Made by a program: the position numbers and the translations under genes. From a virus: DNA of 64,000 nucleotides. The notes beneath the pieces are model-generated. The model was not told the origin of the DNA, did not search any database, and saw only the letters and a list, made by a program, of their open reading frames with translations. This document shows positions 9,419 to 17,873 of this stretch, in pieces (position 1 is the first letter of the stretch; every line of letters starts with the position of its first letter). The stretch spans positions 20,362 through 84,361 of the IMG/VR virus record IMGVR_UViG_3300042319_001922, one strand, 5' to 3'.

Positions 9419-9995
9419 CCGGGCGGCTCACACTTGCCACTAGATCGCAGATGCCATGAGTCAGTGCTTCTTGTGCCGACAAATACACATCTTGCGGTGG
9501 CAGTAACACTCGTTGAATTTCTTCAAGAGATAGGCCTGTGCAAGTCTTGTACAGTTCTATCATTCTCTGTTGTGTAAGTTCAAATTCTTTCACTGTGGCA
9601 AACAACTCATGTACCTTGCCCGAACTTCCCCAGCTGAACTGATGACTCAGGATACTGGTATTGGGTGTTAGAATTCTGCGTCCGGGAGTGCCGGCAATAA
9701 AAATACAAAGTCCAGCACTGGCAATCTGTCCCAGGCCCACTGTCTTGATGGGAATCGATGATGAATTCATCACGTCAATCAATGCAAATGCAGATGACAA
9801 ATCCCCACCCTCACTACAGATCATCAACAATAATTCCTTGTGTTTCTTCTTGCGAACAAGGGTTTCATGTAATATCCACTCTATCACTGGACGAACACTG
9901 TCATCTTCAATTTGATCCATAAGGACCATGATTCCCGAATCATTCAAGGATTGAGTGTGTGTTTCAAATGCTGGAAGTTCTTTTTCTTGAGTCAT
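9408..9995 (-). CDS. clpP: Second, divergent ClpP-family protease
   Basis: ICSEGG, GLGQIASAG (Ser), ILSHQFS (His), QDVYLSAQEA (Asp). Confidence 0.88.
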   Translation of the reverse strand: MTQEKELPAFETHTQSLNDSGIMVLMDQIEDDSVRPVIEWILHETLVRKKKHKELLLMICSEGGDLSSAFALIDVMNSSSIPIKTVGLGQIASAGLCIFIAGTPGRRILTPNTSILSHQFSWGSSGKVHELFATVKEFELTQQRMIELYKTCTGLSLEEIQRVLLPPQDVYLSAQEALTHGICDLVASVSRPVSR

Positions 9996-10092
9996 GGTCT
10001 ATATAATCTACGTGTGGTTGGGCTAAATCAATATTTTACAGCATGTCCAATATTTCTTCTAGTACTTATGTGGTCAATAAGTGTAGCTCTGA

Positions 10093-11130
10093 CTAACAAC
10101 GCCCATTTCGAATAACCTGTATTTCAATCCGGTCCAGGTCCTGGGCTGGATTTTTGCCCAAATCCACCGACACAATGAATCTTTTGCTACGCACTGAATC
10201 AATATGCACTTCTTGCCCACCAATTTCTGCATAATACCAAGGTGCATACTGGGCATGAGATAATTCAGCCACAGCAAAGCAGTGCTGATATTGCACTGTG
10301 TTTTGTGTGTCCTTGATGGAGACCTGCACTCGCGGCCCCGACAATATCATTTCTCGTTGAATCAAATCGTACACCGCAGTATCATCATAAAAACTGGTGG
10401 CACGGCCCAGGACAGATACTACACTGGTGGTTTGACATTGGATAAACCACTTGCCGCAATCACTTCTTTGATTGGTGGCTTTCACAGCCTCGGCCAGACT
10501 GTTGATGTATTTTGAATTCCACGATATTGTGAATGGTATTTGTAAATGTCCTTGGTGACCAGGAACAACCAGCACTTGTGTTTTTCCAATAACAATATCA
10601 AATGCACGAGCAGGATAGTCAGCCAGCACAGATCCCAATAGGGTCATTGCAGTTGTTCTCTCTTGCTGGATAGTGTGTAATTGTACACTGACCCGATTTC
10701 CGTCAACGGTTCCTGCATCACGACTGACATTTAGCAACCGTTTGCTCAGTGCACTGTGACTGACCCAGACACGCATTGACATGCGCACCTGATTGCCCAC
10801 CTGTTGCTGGTTTAATATTTCATAGTCACTCACATAGCCAGCGGCGTATGTAATAATTTCATTGCGTCGAATACGAGACTGTTCAACTTCAGTTTCACTT
10901 GTGACAATGGTTCCAACTGCACGTTCCACTGCCATTTGGAATCCAGTTTTACGTGCTTGATCAACTGTGACACCGGTGGACGTTACGTCAACTTGAAACA
11001 CCCTCTGGCGATCCTTGAGAACCCATTGCGCCAAAGTGATGCCAACTCCCAATGGGGTTGGTTGGTAAGATATACCGGCATCTGCATAGATGCTGACTGC
11101 GCACAGCAGACCAGCAATTGTGCGCTTCAT
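10093..11130 (-). CDS. Exported protein with LPP20/FlgT-N-like N-terminal region
   Basis: Signal peptide; GVTVDQARKTGFQMAVERAVGTIVTSET pattern. Confidence 0.55.
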   Translation of the reverse strand: MKRTIAGLLCAVSIYADAGISYQPTPLGVGITLAQWVLKDRQRVFQVDVTSTGVTVDQARKTGFQMAVERAVGTIVTSETEVEQSRIRRNEIITYAAGYVSDYEILNQQQVGNQVRMSMRVWVSHSALSKRLLNVSRDAGTVDGNRVSVQLHTIQQERTTAMTLLGSVLADYPARAFDIVIGKTQVLVVPGHQGHLQIPFTISWNSKYINSLAEAVKATNQRSDCGKWFIQCQTTSVVSVLGRATSFYDDTAVYDLIQREMILSGPRVQVSIKDTQNTVQYQHCFAVAELSHAQYAPWYYAEIGGQEVHIDSVRSKRFIVSVDLGKNPAQDLDRIEIQVIRNGRC

Positions 11131-11131
11131 G

Positions 11132-11809
11132 TCATTGACTCATCAATGTTCGTAAATTTTGACGGATAGGAGTGTGTTTCTCATCCCACCGATACACAAC
11201 TCGCACAGTTTTGCCGTTGTTGATTATATCGCTTTCGACCAGGTACAGGCCGCCAAGAATACCTTGATTGCGTACTGAAATGTTTGTTCGCACACGACTG
11301 GCAATACTCAGGGCATCGTTGCGGATGGCCACATTTTGTTCTGAATTAAGTTCACCTTTGTTGTCCGAATCATCATCACTGGCAATACTTGCAACTTCAT
11401 CACGACTCTTGTTTGTTGCAAATTTGTTTGTTTTGTTGTCGCGAGCCTTTTCCAAGTTGCGGCTGATCATCAACACTGAAGTAGAACTGGTGATAGTTTC
11501 CTTGTTGATAAAATCATTCAGTGCTTTCTTGGCTTCAAGTTCGGCAACTCTAAATGCCTCACGCGATGCATTCTGACTTCCGCCCCAGACTGGTGCATAT
11601 CCTGTGGTTTCAATTGCTTCCAATTTGCCCGACCAAGAATACACAATTTTGACCCCTTGACGCTTGAAGTTATTTGTGAGTTTCTGTTCACTGATGGCCT
11701 GCTGTGGACCAGCCGGGATAGCATCCTTTGATGATACGTCAGCTAACCTGGTTGATCCACAAGCGGTCAACATAGCAACAACAGGTATTAGCAATAGAGT
11801 TTTTTTCAT
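11132..11809 (-). CDS. Lipoprotein (LPP20-like)
   Basis: MKKTLLLIPVVAMLTA-C lipobox; AFRVAELEAKKALNDFI helix. Confidence 0.7.
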   Translation of the reverse strand: MKKTLLLIPVVAMLTACGSTRLADVSSKDAIPAGPQQAISEQKLTNNFKRQGVKIVYSWSGKLEAIETTGYAPVWGGSQNASREAFRVAELEAKKALNDFINKETITSSTSVLMISRNLEKARDNKTNKFATNKSRDEVASIASDDDSDNKGELNSEQNVAIRNDALSIASRVRTNISVRNQGILGGLYLVESDIINNGKTVRVVYRWDEKHTPIRQNLRTLMSQ

Positions 11810-11810
11810 T

Positions 11811-11933
11811 TTATTTTCCCGACATTTTGTCTTTAGTATAATCAGCAACTGATGAAATATCTTTGCCAAGCCCCGACACAGTTGAGCATGCGGCTAGTGT
11901 ACTCGACAACACAAGTGCTATAAAGATTTTCAT
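11811..11933 (-). CDS. Entericidin EcnA/B-like small lipoprotein, 40 aa (not in ORF track)
   Basis: MKIFIALVLSSTLAA-CSTVSGLGKDISSVADYTKDKMSGK*: lipobox plus C-x-T-x-x-G-x-G-x-D-I entericidin pattern. Confidence 0.7.
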   Translation of the reverse strand: MKIFIALVLSSTLAACSTVSGLGKDISSVADYTKDKMSGK

Positions 11934-12058
11934 TTTGCTAGATCCTGACTATGTGTTTTAACTGTGTCAACACCCTTGTCCAGCATCCGAGCAATACCAG
12001 AAAACCCCACTGTGGCCAAAATTAGCCCAAAAACTGTGCCAACAATAAAATTACGCAT
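11930..12058 (-). CDS. Small single-TM protein, 42 aa (not in ORF track)
   Basis: MRNFIVGTVFGLILATVGFSGIARMLDKG...; AGGAG RBS; ATGA coupling to the next gene. Confidence 0.65.
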   Translation of the reverse strand: MRNFIVGTVFGLILATVGFSGIARMLDKGVDTVKTHSQDLAK

Positions 12059-12101
12059 GATGCATCTCCTTGGTTACTAAAGAAAAAATCCTGTTATGCG
12101 T

Positions 12102-12130
12102 ATAATAGCACAACAGGATTTATTTGTCAA
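12102..12130 (-). promoter_or_regulatory. Sigma70 promoter for the lipoprotein operon
   Basis: TTGACA-N17-TATTAT on the minus strand. Confidence 0.7.
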
Positions 12131-12154
12131 GTGCTCTTAAAGAGCACTGGGTTA

Positions 12155-12430
12155 TTACTTTTTGGTTGTAGTAGCTGTGTAAGCTTTCATGATACCTTCA
12201 CCAAATTTGGTGTAGTCGAACTTCATGGCATTCTGGCTTGCTTTGACCATTTCAGAACTGATTGTGGTAAATGTATCAATACCAACTTTTGCAGCCTTTT
12301 TGGTGTAGTCTGCTTGGGCGTCAATGAACTCATTCATGGCCTTGGCTGCTGTTTCGTTTTGTACAAAAGTCTTGACAAAAGTCTTTTTACCGGTTTGAAC
12401 GGTGTCGATGATTGCGTCTGCTGTAAACAT
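12155..12430 (-). CDS. Small amphipathic helical protein, possibly phasin-like
   Basis: 91 aa, Ala/Thr/Lys-rich, all-helical pattern; upstream TGC palindrome. The phasin call is inference. Confidence 0.5.
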   Translation of the reverse strand: MFTADAIIDTVQTGKKTFVKTFVQNETAAKAMNEFIDAQADYTKKAAKVGIDTFTTISSEMVKASQNAMKFDYTKFGEGIMKAYTATTTKK

Positions 12431-12436
12431 ATAATT

Positions 12437-12488
12437 CTCCTATTAAGCGAGTTTACTACAGGACCCGGCCTATCCAGCGTCCTATGTA
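12437..12488 (-). promoter_or_regulatory. Structured 5' leader with ROSE-like SD hairpin
   Basis: Hairpin followed by CUCGCU-UAAU-AGGAG; the U(U/C)GCU motif can pair with the SD. Confidence 0.55.
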
Positions 12489-12505
12489 CTATTATATATG
12501 ATATC

Positions 12506-12524
12506 TATGTTGCATTGCAACATA
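12506..12524. promoter_or_regulatory. Operator-like palindrome overlapping a -35 (PhaR-box-like)
   Basis: TATGTTGCA-T-TGCAACATA perfect 9-1-9 inverted repeat; minus strand TTGCAA-N18-TATAAT. Confidence 0.6.
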
Positions 12525-12596
12525 AATTTCTAGTGTTTGATCACTAATTTTTGGTATAAACCTTGTGAACAATAAATAAAAACATAGGAGAACACT

Positions 12597-12902
12597 ATGT
12601 TTAACAAAATTAAAGAATTATTGTTTGGTAAACCAGCTCAGACTGTTGCTGAAGTACCTTACAAGGTTGAAACACCTGTGGTGGACACTGCTGATATTGC
12701 TCTGGCACAACTGCCTGCCGGCGGCGCAGAAATTGCAGACCGAACTACTCAAGCAGTGGTTGAAGGATCTACAAACAGGGTAGAAAAACCTGCGGCCAAG
12801 GCAGCATCACCTGCGGCCAAGGCACCTGTCAAGAAGCAACAGTTTGAAAAGAAAGCAGCGCCACCAAAACCTCGAGTACCCCGAAAACCTGTTGCAAAAT
12901 AA
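12597..12902 (+). CDS. Hypothetical protein with Lys/Ala/Pro-rich basic tail
   Basis: AGGAG RBS, AATAAATA motif upstream, terminator downstream. Confidence 0.75.
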   Translation: MFNKIKELLFGKPAQTVAEVPYKVETPVVDTADIALAQLPAGGAEIADRTTQAVVEGSTNRVEKPAAKAASPAAKAPVKKQQFEKKAAPPKPRVPRKPVAK

Positions 12903-12926
12903 AAAGCCCCGAAAGGGGCTTTTTTA
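12901..12926. terminator. Intrinsic terminator, bidirectional
   Basis: AAAAAGCCCC-GAAA-GGGGCTTTTTT between convergent genes. Confidence 0.9.
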
Positions 12927-12982
12927 TAAGTGCTGGTTACGCAAATCCAGCGACACGCTATTTTGTGTCCGATTTCTAAGTA

Positions 12983-13738
12983 TTAATCAATTGCTTGGCT
13001 GACTAGATGCGCCCAGGCTCGATTGGTTTCAATGCCCGGATGGAATTTATCACCGTTGTAGTCGTTGGCTGCATAAGCCATTTCATAGATACCGTTGCGT
13101 TGCGAATCAGAGAAAATCCATCTTGCCCAGTCTATGTCATGAATCAAGGGCTGTAGTTCTGGATATTTCAGCACACCAAAATCTCCATTGGGACTACAAT
13201 GATCTTGATGGTGCCAGTAGTTCACATAGCTCATGAAATGGTAGGGTATGCCCCGAGCTTTGAGAAAATTCTGAGTTTTAACAATCTCCAGGAGATTGGT
13301 ATGAGCCAGACTGAGATTTGAGCTAACACGATACATAGGCTTGAACAAGTCTGTAGCATCTGAATTCAATGTCCAGGGACCAAGAAACCCACCACTAAAA
13401 ATATAGCCTAGGGTATTAGGGCCTGACTCCATCCGTCGATAAAACTTGTATCTATCAAACAGTGCATGCAAGCTGGGTGTGCTGATGTCAGTTAAAAAAT
13501 CTAACCTGCTAACGCCCGACCACATGATCAGCACATGATCTGTTGTGCCAGGATTTTGTAACACGTGCCTAACTACACTGTTGGCTATGTACAGGTTGCC
13601 TGCGCCAGGCTCAGCTAGATTAGTAATCTCAAAATCTGGGCGCAGTTGTTGTAATGGAGTGGGCCAACATACATTTTTCGGACTGCCTGGATGTTCGGGC
13701 CAGTGTGTAAAACTGCAACCAGATATGAGTATTTGCAT
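12983..13738 (-). CDS. SGNH/GDSL-like protein
   Basis: SGCSFT block I, NLAEPGAGN, C-terminal DKFHPG. Confidence 0.65.
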   Translation of the reverse strand: MQILISGCSFTHWPEHPGSPKNVCWPTPLQQLRPDFEITNLAEPGAGNLYIANSVVRHVLQNPGTTDHVLIMWSGVSRLDFLTDISTPSLHALFDRYKFYRRMESGPNTLGYIFSGGFLGPWTLNSDATDLFKPMYRVSSNLSLAHTNLLEIVKTQNFLKARGIPYHFMSYVNYWHHQDHCSPNGDFGVLKYPELQPLIHDIDWARWIFSDSQRNGIYEMAYAANDYNGDKFHPGIETNRAWAHLVSQAID

Positions 13739-13751
13739 TTTTGTGTTTGAT

Positions 13752-14756
13752 TTACTTGATCTGTGTCCAAACACGCTCACGGATCTGTTTTGTCAAACTG
13801 TCCGGCAATGCTACATAGTCTAAGTCTGCGGCATCTTTCTTGCCGTTCTTAAATGCCCAATCAAAGAACTTTAGTACTTCATCACTGTTAGCTTTGTTGG
13901 CAGGAGTCTTATACATGATAATGAAACTTGCTGAACTCACAGGCCAAGCATTAGGATTCTTTTGATCCACAATACTCAGGCCCATACCAGGCACGCTAAA
14001 CCAATCAGCACCATCTGCGGCTGCGGCAAATGTTAAGTCATCTGGACTAACATACTTGCCACTCTTGTTCTGTAGTTGTAGGAATGTCATATTGTTTTTC
14101 TTAACATACGCATATTCTACATAACCTATTGAACCTTTGATGCGGTTCACGTTGGCAGCAACACCTTCATTGCCCTTGCCACCCACTGAACTAGCAGCAG
14201 GCCATTTAACAGCAGCGCCACGACCTACACGTTGTAGCCACTCAGGACTTACTGTGGCCAAATAGTCTGTCCAATTGAATGTTGTTCCACTACCGTCTGC
14301 ACGATGTACAATGGTGATGTTTTCGTTAGGCAGGTTCTTACCTGGATTCAATGCTGCTAATTTAGGATCATTCCACTTGGTGATGTTGCCCATAAACACT
14401 TCGGCCATGACTGGTCCAGTGATGCGTAGTTCGCCTGGCTTGAAACCGTCTAAGTTGACAACAGGAACTGTTCCGCCAATGATGGCAGGAAACTGTACTT
14501 GTCCCATCTTGTCTAAGTTCTCACCACTGACAGGTGCGTCTGTAGCACCAAAGTCTACGGTCTTTGCGTTGATTTGTCTAATACCACCTGAACTACCGAT
14601 GCTTTGATAGTTCATACCAGTACCTGTGGCTTTTTTGTAGCCTTCAGCCCACTTGGCATAGATCGGAAATGGGAAGGTAGCGCCTGCTCCAGTAATGTCT
14701 GCGGCTTGTGCTGACATTGTTAATGCGGCTAATAAAATTGCTAGTAATTTGTTCAC
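13752..14756 (-). CDS. pstS: Phosphate ABC transporter substrate-binding protein
   Basis: ITGAGATFPFPIYAKWA, NYQSIGSSGG, DFGATD, HRADGSGTT, GGKGNEGV; signal peptide. Confidence 0.98.
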   Translation of the reverse strand: MNKLLAILLAALTMSAQAADITGAGATFPFPIYAKWAEGYKKATGTGMNYQSIGSSGGIRQINAKTVDFGATDAPVSGENLDKMGQVQFPAIIGGTVPVVNLDGFKPGELRITGPVMAEVFMGNITKWNDPKLAALNPGKNLPNENITIVHRADGSGTTFNWTDYLATVSPEWLQRVGRGAAVKWPAASSVGGKGNEGVAANVNRIKGSIGYVEYAYVKKNNMTFLQLQNKSGKYVSPDDLTFAAAADGADWFSVPGMGLSIVDQKNPNAWPVSSASFIIMYKTPANKANSDEVLKFFDWAFKNGKKDAADLDYVALPDSLTKQIRERVWTQIK

Positions 14757-14798
14757 GGTGAATCTCCTTGTTGTGACAAACTTATTTAGGCTAAATCA

Positions 14799-14817
14799 TG
14801 TTACAATTTTGTTACAA
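14799..14817 (-). promoter_or_regulatory. Pho box upstream of pstS
   Basis: Minus strand TTGTAACA-AAA-TTGTAACA: direct repeat with an 11-bp period, like the PhoB-binding TGTCA repeat. Confidence 0.8.
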
Positions 14818-14819
14818 AA

Positions 14820-15536
14820 CTATGACCAGTATTTAGATGAATCTAACCGGTCCCAATATGCTTTATTGTTACGGTTGACAAAATTTTTGATTAGGTATTT
14901 GCCCATGCCAAGATATCCCATCTTTTTGAATCTACGACTATCCTGCCCAAAGTGATGACGAACAATTCTAAACTTTTTAGGACTGTATTTGCGACTTAAG
15001 AAGAAATCTTCGCTGGTGGAAAACTGTTCAGGGAAGCCGCCAAACTCTTCAAAACGATCTCTGCGTGTTAGCATAAATGCTCCAACGGCAAAAGGGGAGA
15101 AGAATTTTAGTGTGTGATTGATTACGTTAAATGCTGTAAATCCAATCATGGCTCTTGGGTCTCGATCATAACATTTGATGTTTAATCCAATGAGGTCTAG
15201 ATTCCTAGACTCTATCATATTAACAGCATCGTGGATAACAGTATCCTTGAAGAAGCGAACATCAGCATCAATGAACAAGATGTAAGGAGTAGTGACTAGC
15301 TTGGCTCCGCGGTTCTTTGCAACAGATACAGGACCACCGTCGATAACTTCAACATTCAGTTCACCTTTCATTATTTGAATAACTTCGCGTGTGTTGTCGG
15401 TTGAGCAGTCAGCAATGATAATTCTGGTGTTGCCTATGGATTGCTGACGCAAGTGCATTAGCAAATGTGCAATGTAGTTTTCCTCATTCTTGCAAGGAAC
15501 TACAATGGTAATTTTATCGCTTATTGTCGTTTGCAT
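14820..15536 (-). CDS. GT2 family glycosyltransferase
   Basis: TIVVPCKNEE, IIADCSTDNT, AKNRGA, FIDAD (DxD), EDF. Confidence 0.9.
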   Translation of the reverse strand: MQTTISDKITIVVPCKNEENYIAHLLMHLRQQSIGNTRIIIADCSTDNTREVIQIMKGELNVEVIDGGPVSVAKNRGAKLVTTPYILFIDADVRFFKDTVIHDAVNMIESRNLDLIGLNIKCYDRDPRAMIGFTAFNVINHTLKFFSPFAVGAFMLTRRDRFEEFGGFPEQFSTSEDFFLSRKYSPKKFRIVRHHFGQDSRRFKKMGYLGMGKYLIKNFVNRNNKAYWDRLDSSKYWS

Positions 15537-15691
15537 TGTCCTTCTACCTTAAAATTATTAAACTTTAGCTGCCATTTCATTGACGCCAAGGTCATCTCGC
15601 AACTTAGTTGATCTTTGAATGTTAGTTCTATTCTTCCGGGAATGTCCTGAGGGTTGTTCACGTGAACTGCTATCAGTATCAGTAGCCACAT
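15521..15691 (-). CDS. Small 56-aa ORF overlapping both flanking genes (not in ORF track)
   Basis: MWLLILIAVHVNNPQDIPGRIELTFKDQLSCEMTLASMKWQLKFNNFKVEGQCKRQ*, preceded by GGAGAAAGACA. Confidence 0.6.
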   Translation of the reverse strand: MWLLILIAVHVNNPQDIPGRIELTFKDQLSCEMTLASMKWQLKFNNFKVEGQCKRQ

Positions 15692-16439
15692 TGTCTTTCT
15701 CCTTGGTCCAAGTTATAATTTCCCAACGACCGTCCCAGTGTTCCACCAGTGCTGTACAGGATTCAACCCAATCACCGTCATTCATATATGCTACGCCGTT
15801 GATCTCTTTGATCTCTGCATGATGTATGTGTCCACAGATGACACCATCAAATCCACGTTTCTTGCAGTAGTTGGCCAAGTTTTCTTCAAACTTGAACACA
15901 AAGTCTACTGCTTTTTTAACCTTGTACTTAAGATAACGGCTAAGGCTCCAGTAGCCAAACCCCAAGCGACGACGTACCCAATTAAACTTATTGTTGAGTT
16001 CAAGAACAAAGTCATACGCTTTATCTCCCAGAAATGCTATCCATGGTGCCAGACGGGTAATGCCATCAAACAAGTCTCCGTGTACCACAAGATAGTGCTT
16101 ACCGTCTGCACCTATGTGCTCTGTCTGATTGTGTATTTCTATTAGGCCAAATGAGAAACCATACGGTATCATGGGTCTTAAGAACTCATCGTGATTACCA
16201 GCAATGTACACAACGCGAGTACCACGCTTGGCATGCCCCAGTACTCTACGTACCACATTGGTATGACTTTGTTTCCAACGCCATTTGTTTTGCTGTATCT
16301 TCCATGCATCTATTATATCACCTACTAGATATAATGTATCACATGAGTTGTGTTTGAGAAAGTTGTTGAGACGATCGGCTTGACAATCTTTGGTTCCAAG
16401 GTGGACATCACTGACAAAGATTGATCGATAAGTCTTCAT
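15558..16439 (-). CDS. plcP: PlcP-like metallophosphoesterase (phospholipase C; LpxH-related family)
   Basis: SDVHLG, LVGDIID, GNHDE, HGDLFD, LGDKAY...GYWSLS, GHIHH, NDGDWVESCTALVE. Has GNHD rather than the LpxH GNRD; Pho box upstream. Confidence 0.8.
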   Translation of the reverse strand: MKTYRSIFVSDVHLGTKDCQADRLNNFLKHNSCDTLYLVGDIIDAWKIQQNKWRWKQSHTNVVRRVLGHAKRGTRVVYIAGNHDEFLRPMIPYGFSFGLIEIHNQTEHIGADGKHYLVVHGDLFDGITRLAPWIAFLGDKAYDFVLELNNKFNWVRRRLGFGYWSLSRYLKYKVKKAVDFVFKFEENLANYCKKRGFDGVICGHIHHAEIKEINGVAYMNDGDWVESCTALVEHWDGRWEIITWTKEKDNVATDTDSSSREQPSGHSRKNRTNIQRSTKLRDDLGVNEMAAKV

Positions 16440-16459
16440 CTAGTATTTAAGACAAAGAC

Positions 16460-16478
16460 TGTTACAACTTTGTTACAA
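16460..16478 (-). promoter_or_regulatory. Pho box upstream of the plcP-like gene
   Basis: Minus strand TTGTAACA-AAG-TTGTAACA; 18/19 identical to the pstS box. Confidence 0.8.
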
Positions 16479-16499
16479 ATTCACAACGTAACAGAATAT

Positions 16500-17345
16500 C
16501 TACTTTTGACTCAGGTGTTCTTTTGCCCGAGTTGCCACCCAATCAGCAGTGATTAAATCAAAGTGATGGCCATCACGTGCACGATCTCGAGATTTAACTG
16601 GCACAACTGTGGCATACACTGATTGACGTTTTGCCAAATTGTCTCTGAGTTCGTCTAGTCTTCCGTGTAAATTTTCTAGCTCGTGTAATATCCAATCCGG
16701 TAATGAATTTAATTCTTCTACAGTAGCTGGAAAATTTACTGGCCAATCTGAGCCACGCATTGACTCCCAGGCATCAAGAATTGAATTACGGCAAAAAAAA
16801 GGTATTGCAAACTGCACAGAGTTTGCAATCAAATCAACTCTTTTTTTGCAATCTAAAAAATTTACCCAGTCGTCGTGATCAGTGCTGTCAATATTGTGAA
16901 TTCTTCGAAGCTCGTCACTGAGTAACGTATTGGCATTTTCCCGACGATGCGTGTAACTCCACATTATTGCAATCTGCGTAGGATCTATAGCGTGAACAAT
17001 GTTTTCTGTGATTCTTGCAATCCATTCATTACTGGCACCATCCATTGATACATTTATGATACGTTGATTGGCAGCAGTTGACAACAGATATGGCCAGGTG
17101 TGTTCTAAAGGAGAACCCAGCCCCACAGTAAAGCTGTCACCAATACACCACACAGCGTCACGCAGGTCTTGCATGTTATCTGGCCATTCTTGATCACGAA
17201 AGCCGCGACTGTTGTAGTTGTATGTTATGCTATGTGGATAAGATAAAAAGTGATTCTTATCCTTGCAATGATCAAAAGAATCTATTCCTGAAAATTCACA
17301 GTGCTGATTTACACGACTAGACAGTACTAAATTGTGCAATATCAT
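16500..17345 (-). CDS. SGNH/GDSL-like protein
   Basis: YNSRGFRD, IGDSFT, NVSMDGASN, DGHH. Confidence 0.65.
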   Translation of the reverse strand: MILHNLVLSSRVNQHCEFSGIDSFDHCKDKNHFLSYPHSITYNYNSRGFRDQEWPDNMQDLRDAVWCIGDSFTVGLGSPLEHTWPYLLSTAANQRIINVSMDGASNEWIARITENIVHAIDPTQIAIMWSYTHRRENANTLLSDELRRIHNIDSTDHDDWVNFLDCKKRVDLIANSVQFAIPFFCRNSILDAWESMRGSDWPVNFPATVEELNSLPDWILHELENLHGRLDELRDNLAKRQSVYATVVPVKSRDRARDGHHFDLITADWVATRAKEHLSQK

Positions 17346-17363
17346 ATCACAATTTTGTTACAA
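17345..17363 (-). promoter_or_regulatory. Possible third, degenerate Pho box
   Basis: Minus strand TTGTAACA-AAA-TTGTGATA abutting the start codon. Confidence 0.45.
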
Positions 17364-17366
17364 TGC

Positions 17367-17873
17367 TCAACTGTTCAACACCTTGGCAACACTATTCATA
17401 ACACTGGCAATACGCCCGATATCACGTAGGTTTTCTACAGTATAGCCTTCTTGTTTGAGTGTTTCGTAATGTGCTTTCACACAGAAGTGACACTTGCCCA
17501 CAATACTTGCTGCCAAACTGAATGCTTCAAAGTTGCTCTTAGTTGTACCGCCATGGCTAGCAATGGCATTCATTCTCAACTGTGCTGGCAAACCTTTTAG
17601 AGCAGGATCGTCAACCATCTCAATGTAGGGATACCATACATTGTTCTGTGCCATGATGCTGGCAGCAGTCATTGCTGACTCTGCATGTACTGGTGCGTCT
17701 GCTAGCAAGATGCTTAGAACTTTGCCATTGCCAGTTGCTGCCAGTGCGGCCACAGCACAACCCATGGCCACATCAGCATCTAGAGTACTGCGAACTAGAA
17801 CAGCATCCAAATTTAACTTGGTGTCCTTGGCATAATCTGGCAATGCACCTTTTACTGATTCAATAAAACTCAT
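17367..17873 (-). CDS. ahpD: Alkylhydroperoxidase AhpD
   Basis: LPDYAKDTKLNL, MAQNNVWY, LRMN, SIVGKCHFCVKAH (CxxC). Confidence 0.93.
   Translation of the reverse strand: MSFIESVKGALPDYAKDTKLNLDAVLVRSTLDADVAMGCAVAALAATGNGKVLSILLADAPVHAESAMTAASIMAQNNVWYPYIEMVDDPALKGLPAQLRMNAIASHGGTTKSNFEAFSLAASIVGKCHFCVKAHYETLKQEGYTVENLRDIGRIASVMNSVAKVLNS

Noticed and set aside
15558-16439. LpxH lipid A biosynthesis enzyme
   Set aside because: GNHD instead of GNRD, a glycosyltransferase neighbour and a Pho box all favour PlcP. A phylogeny is still needed to exclude LpxH formally.
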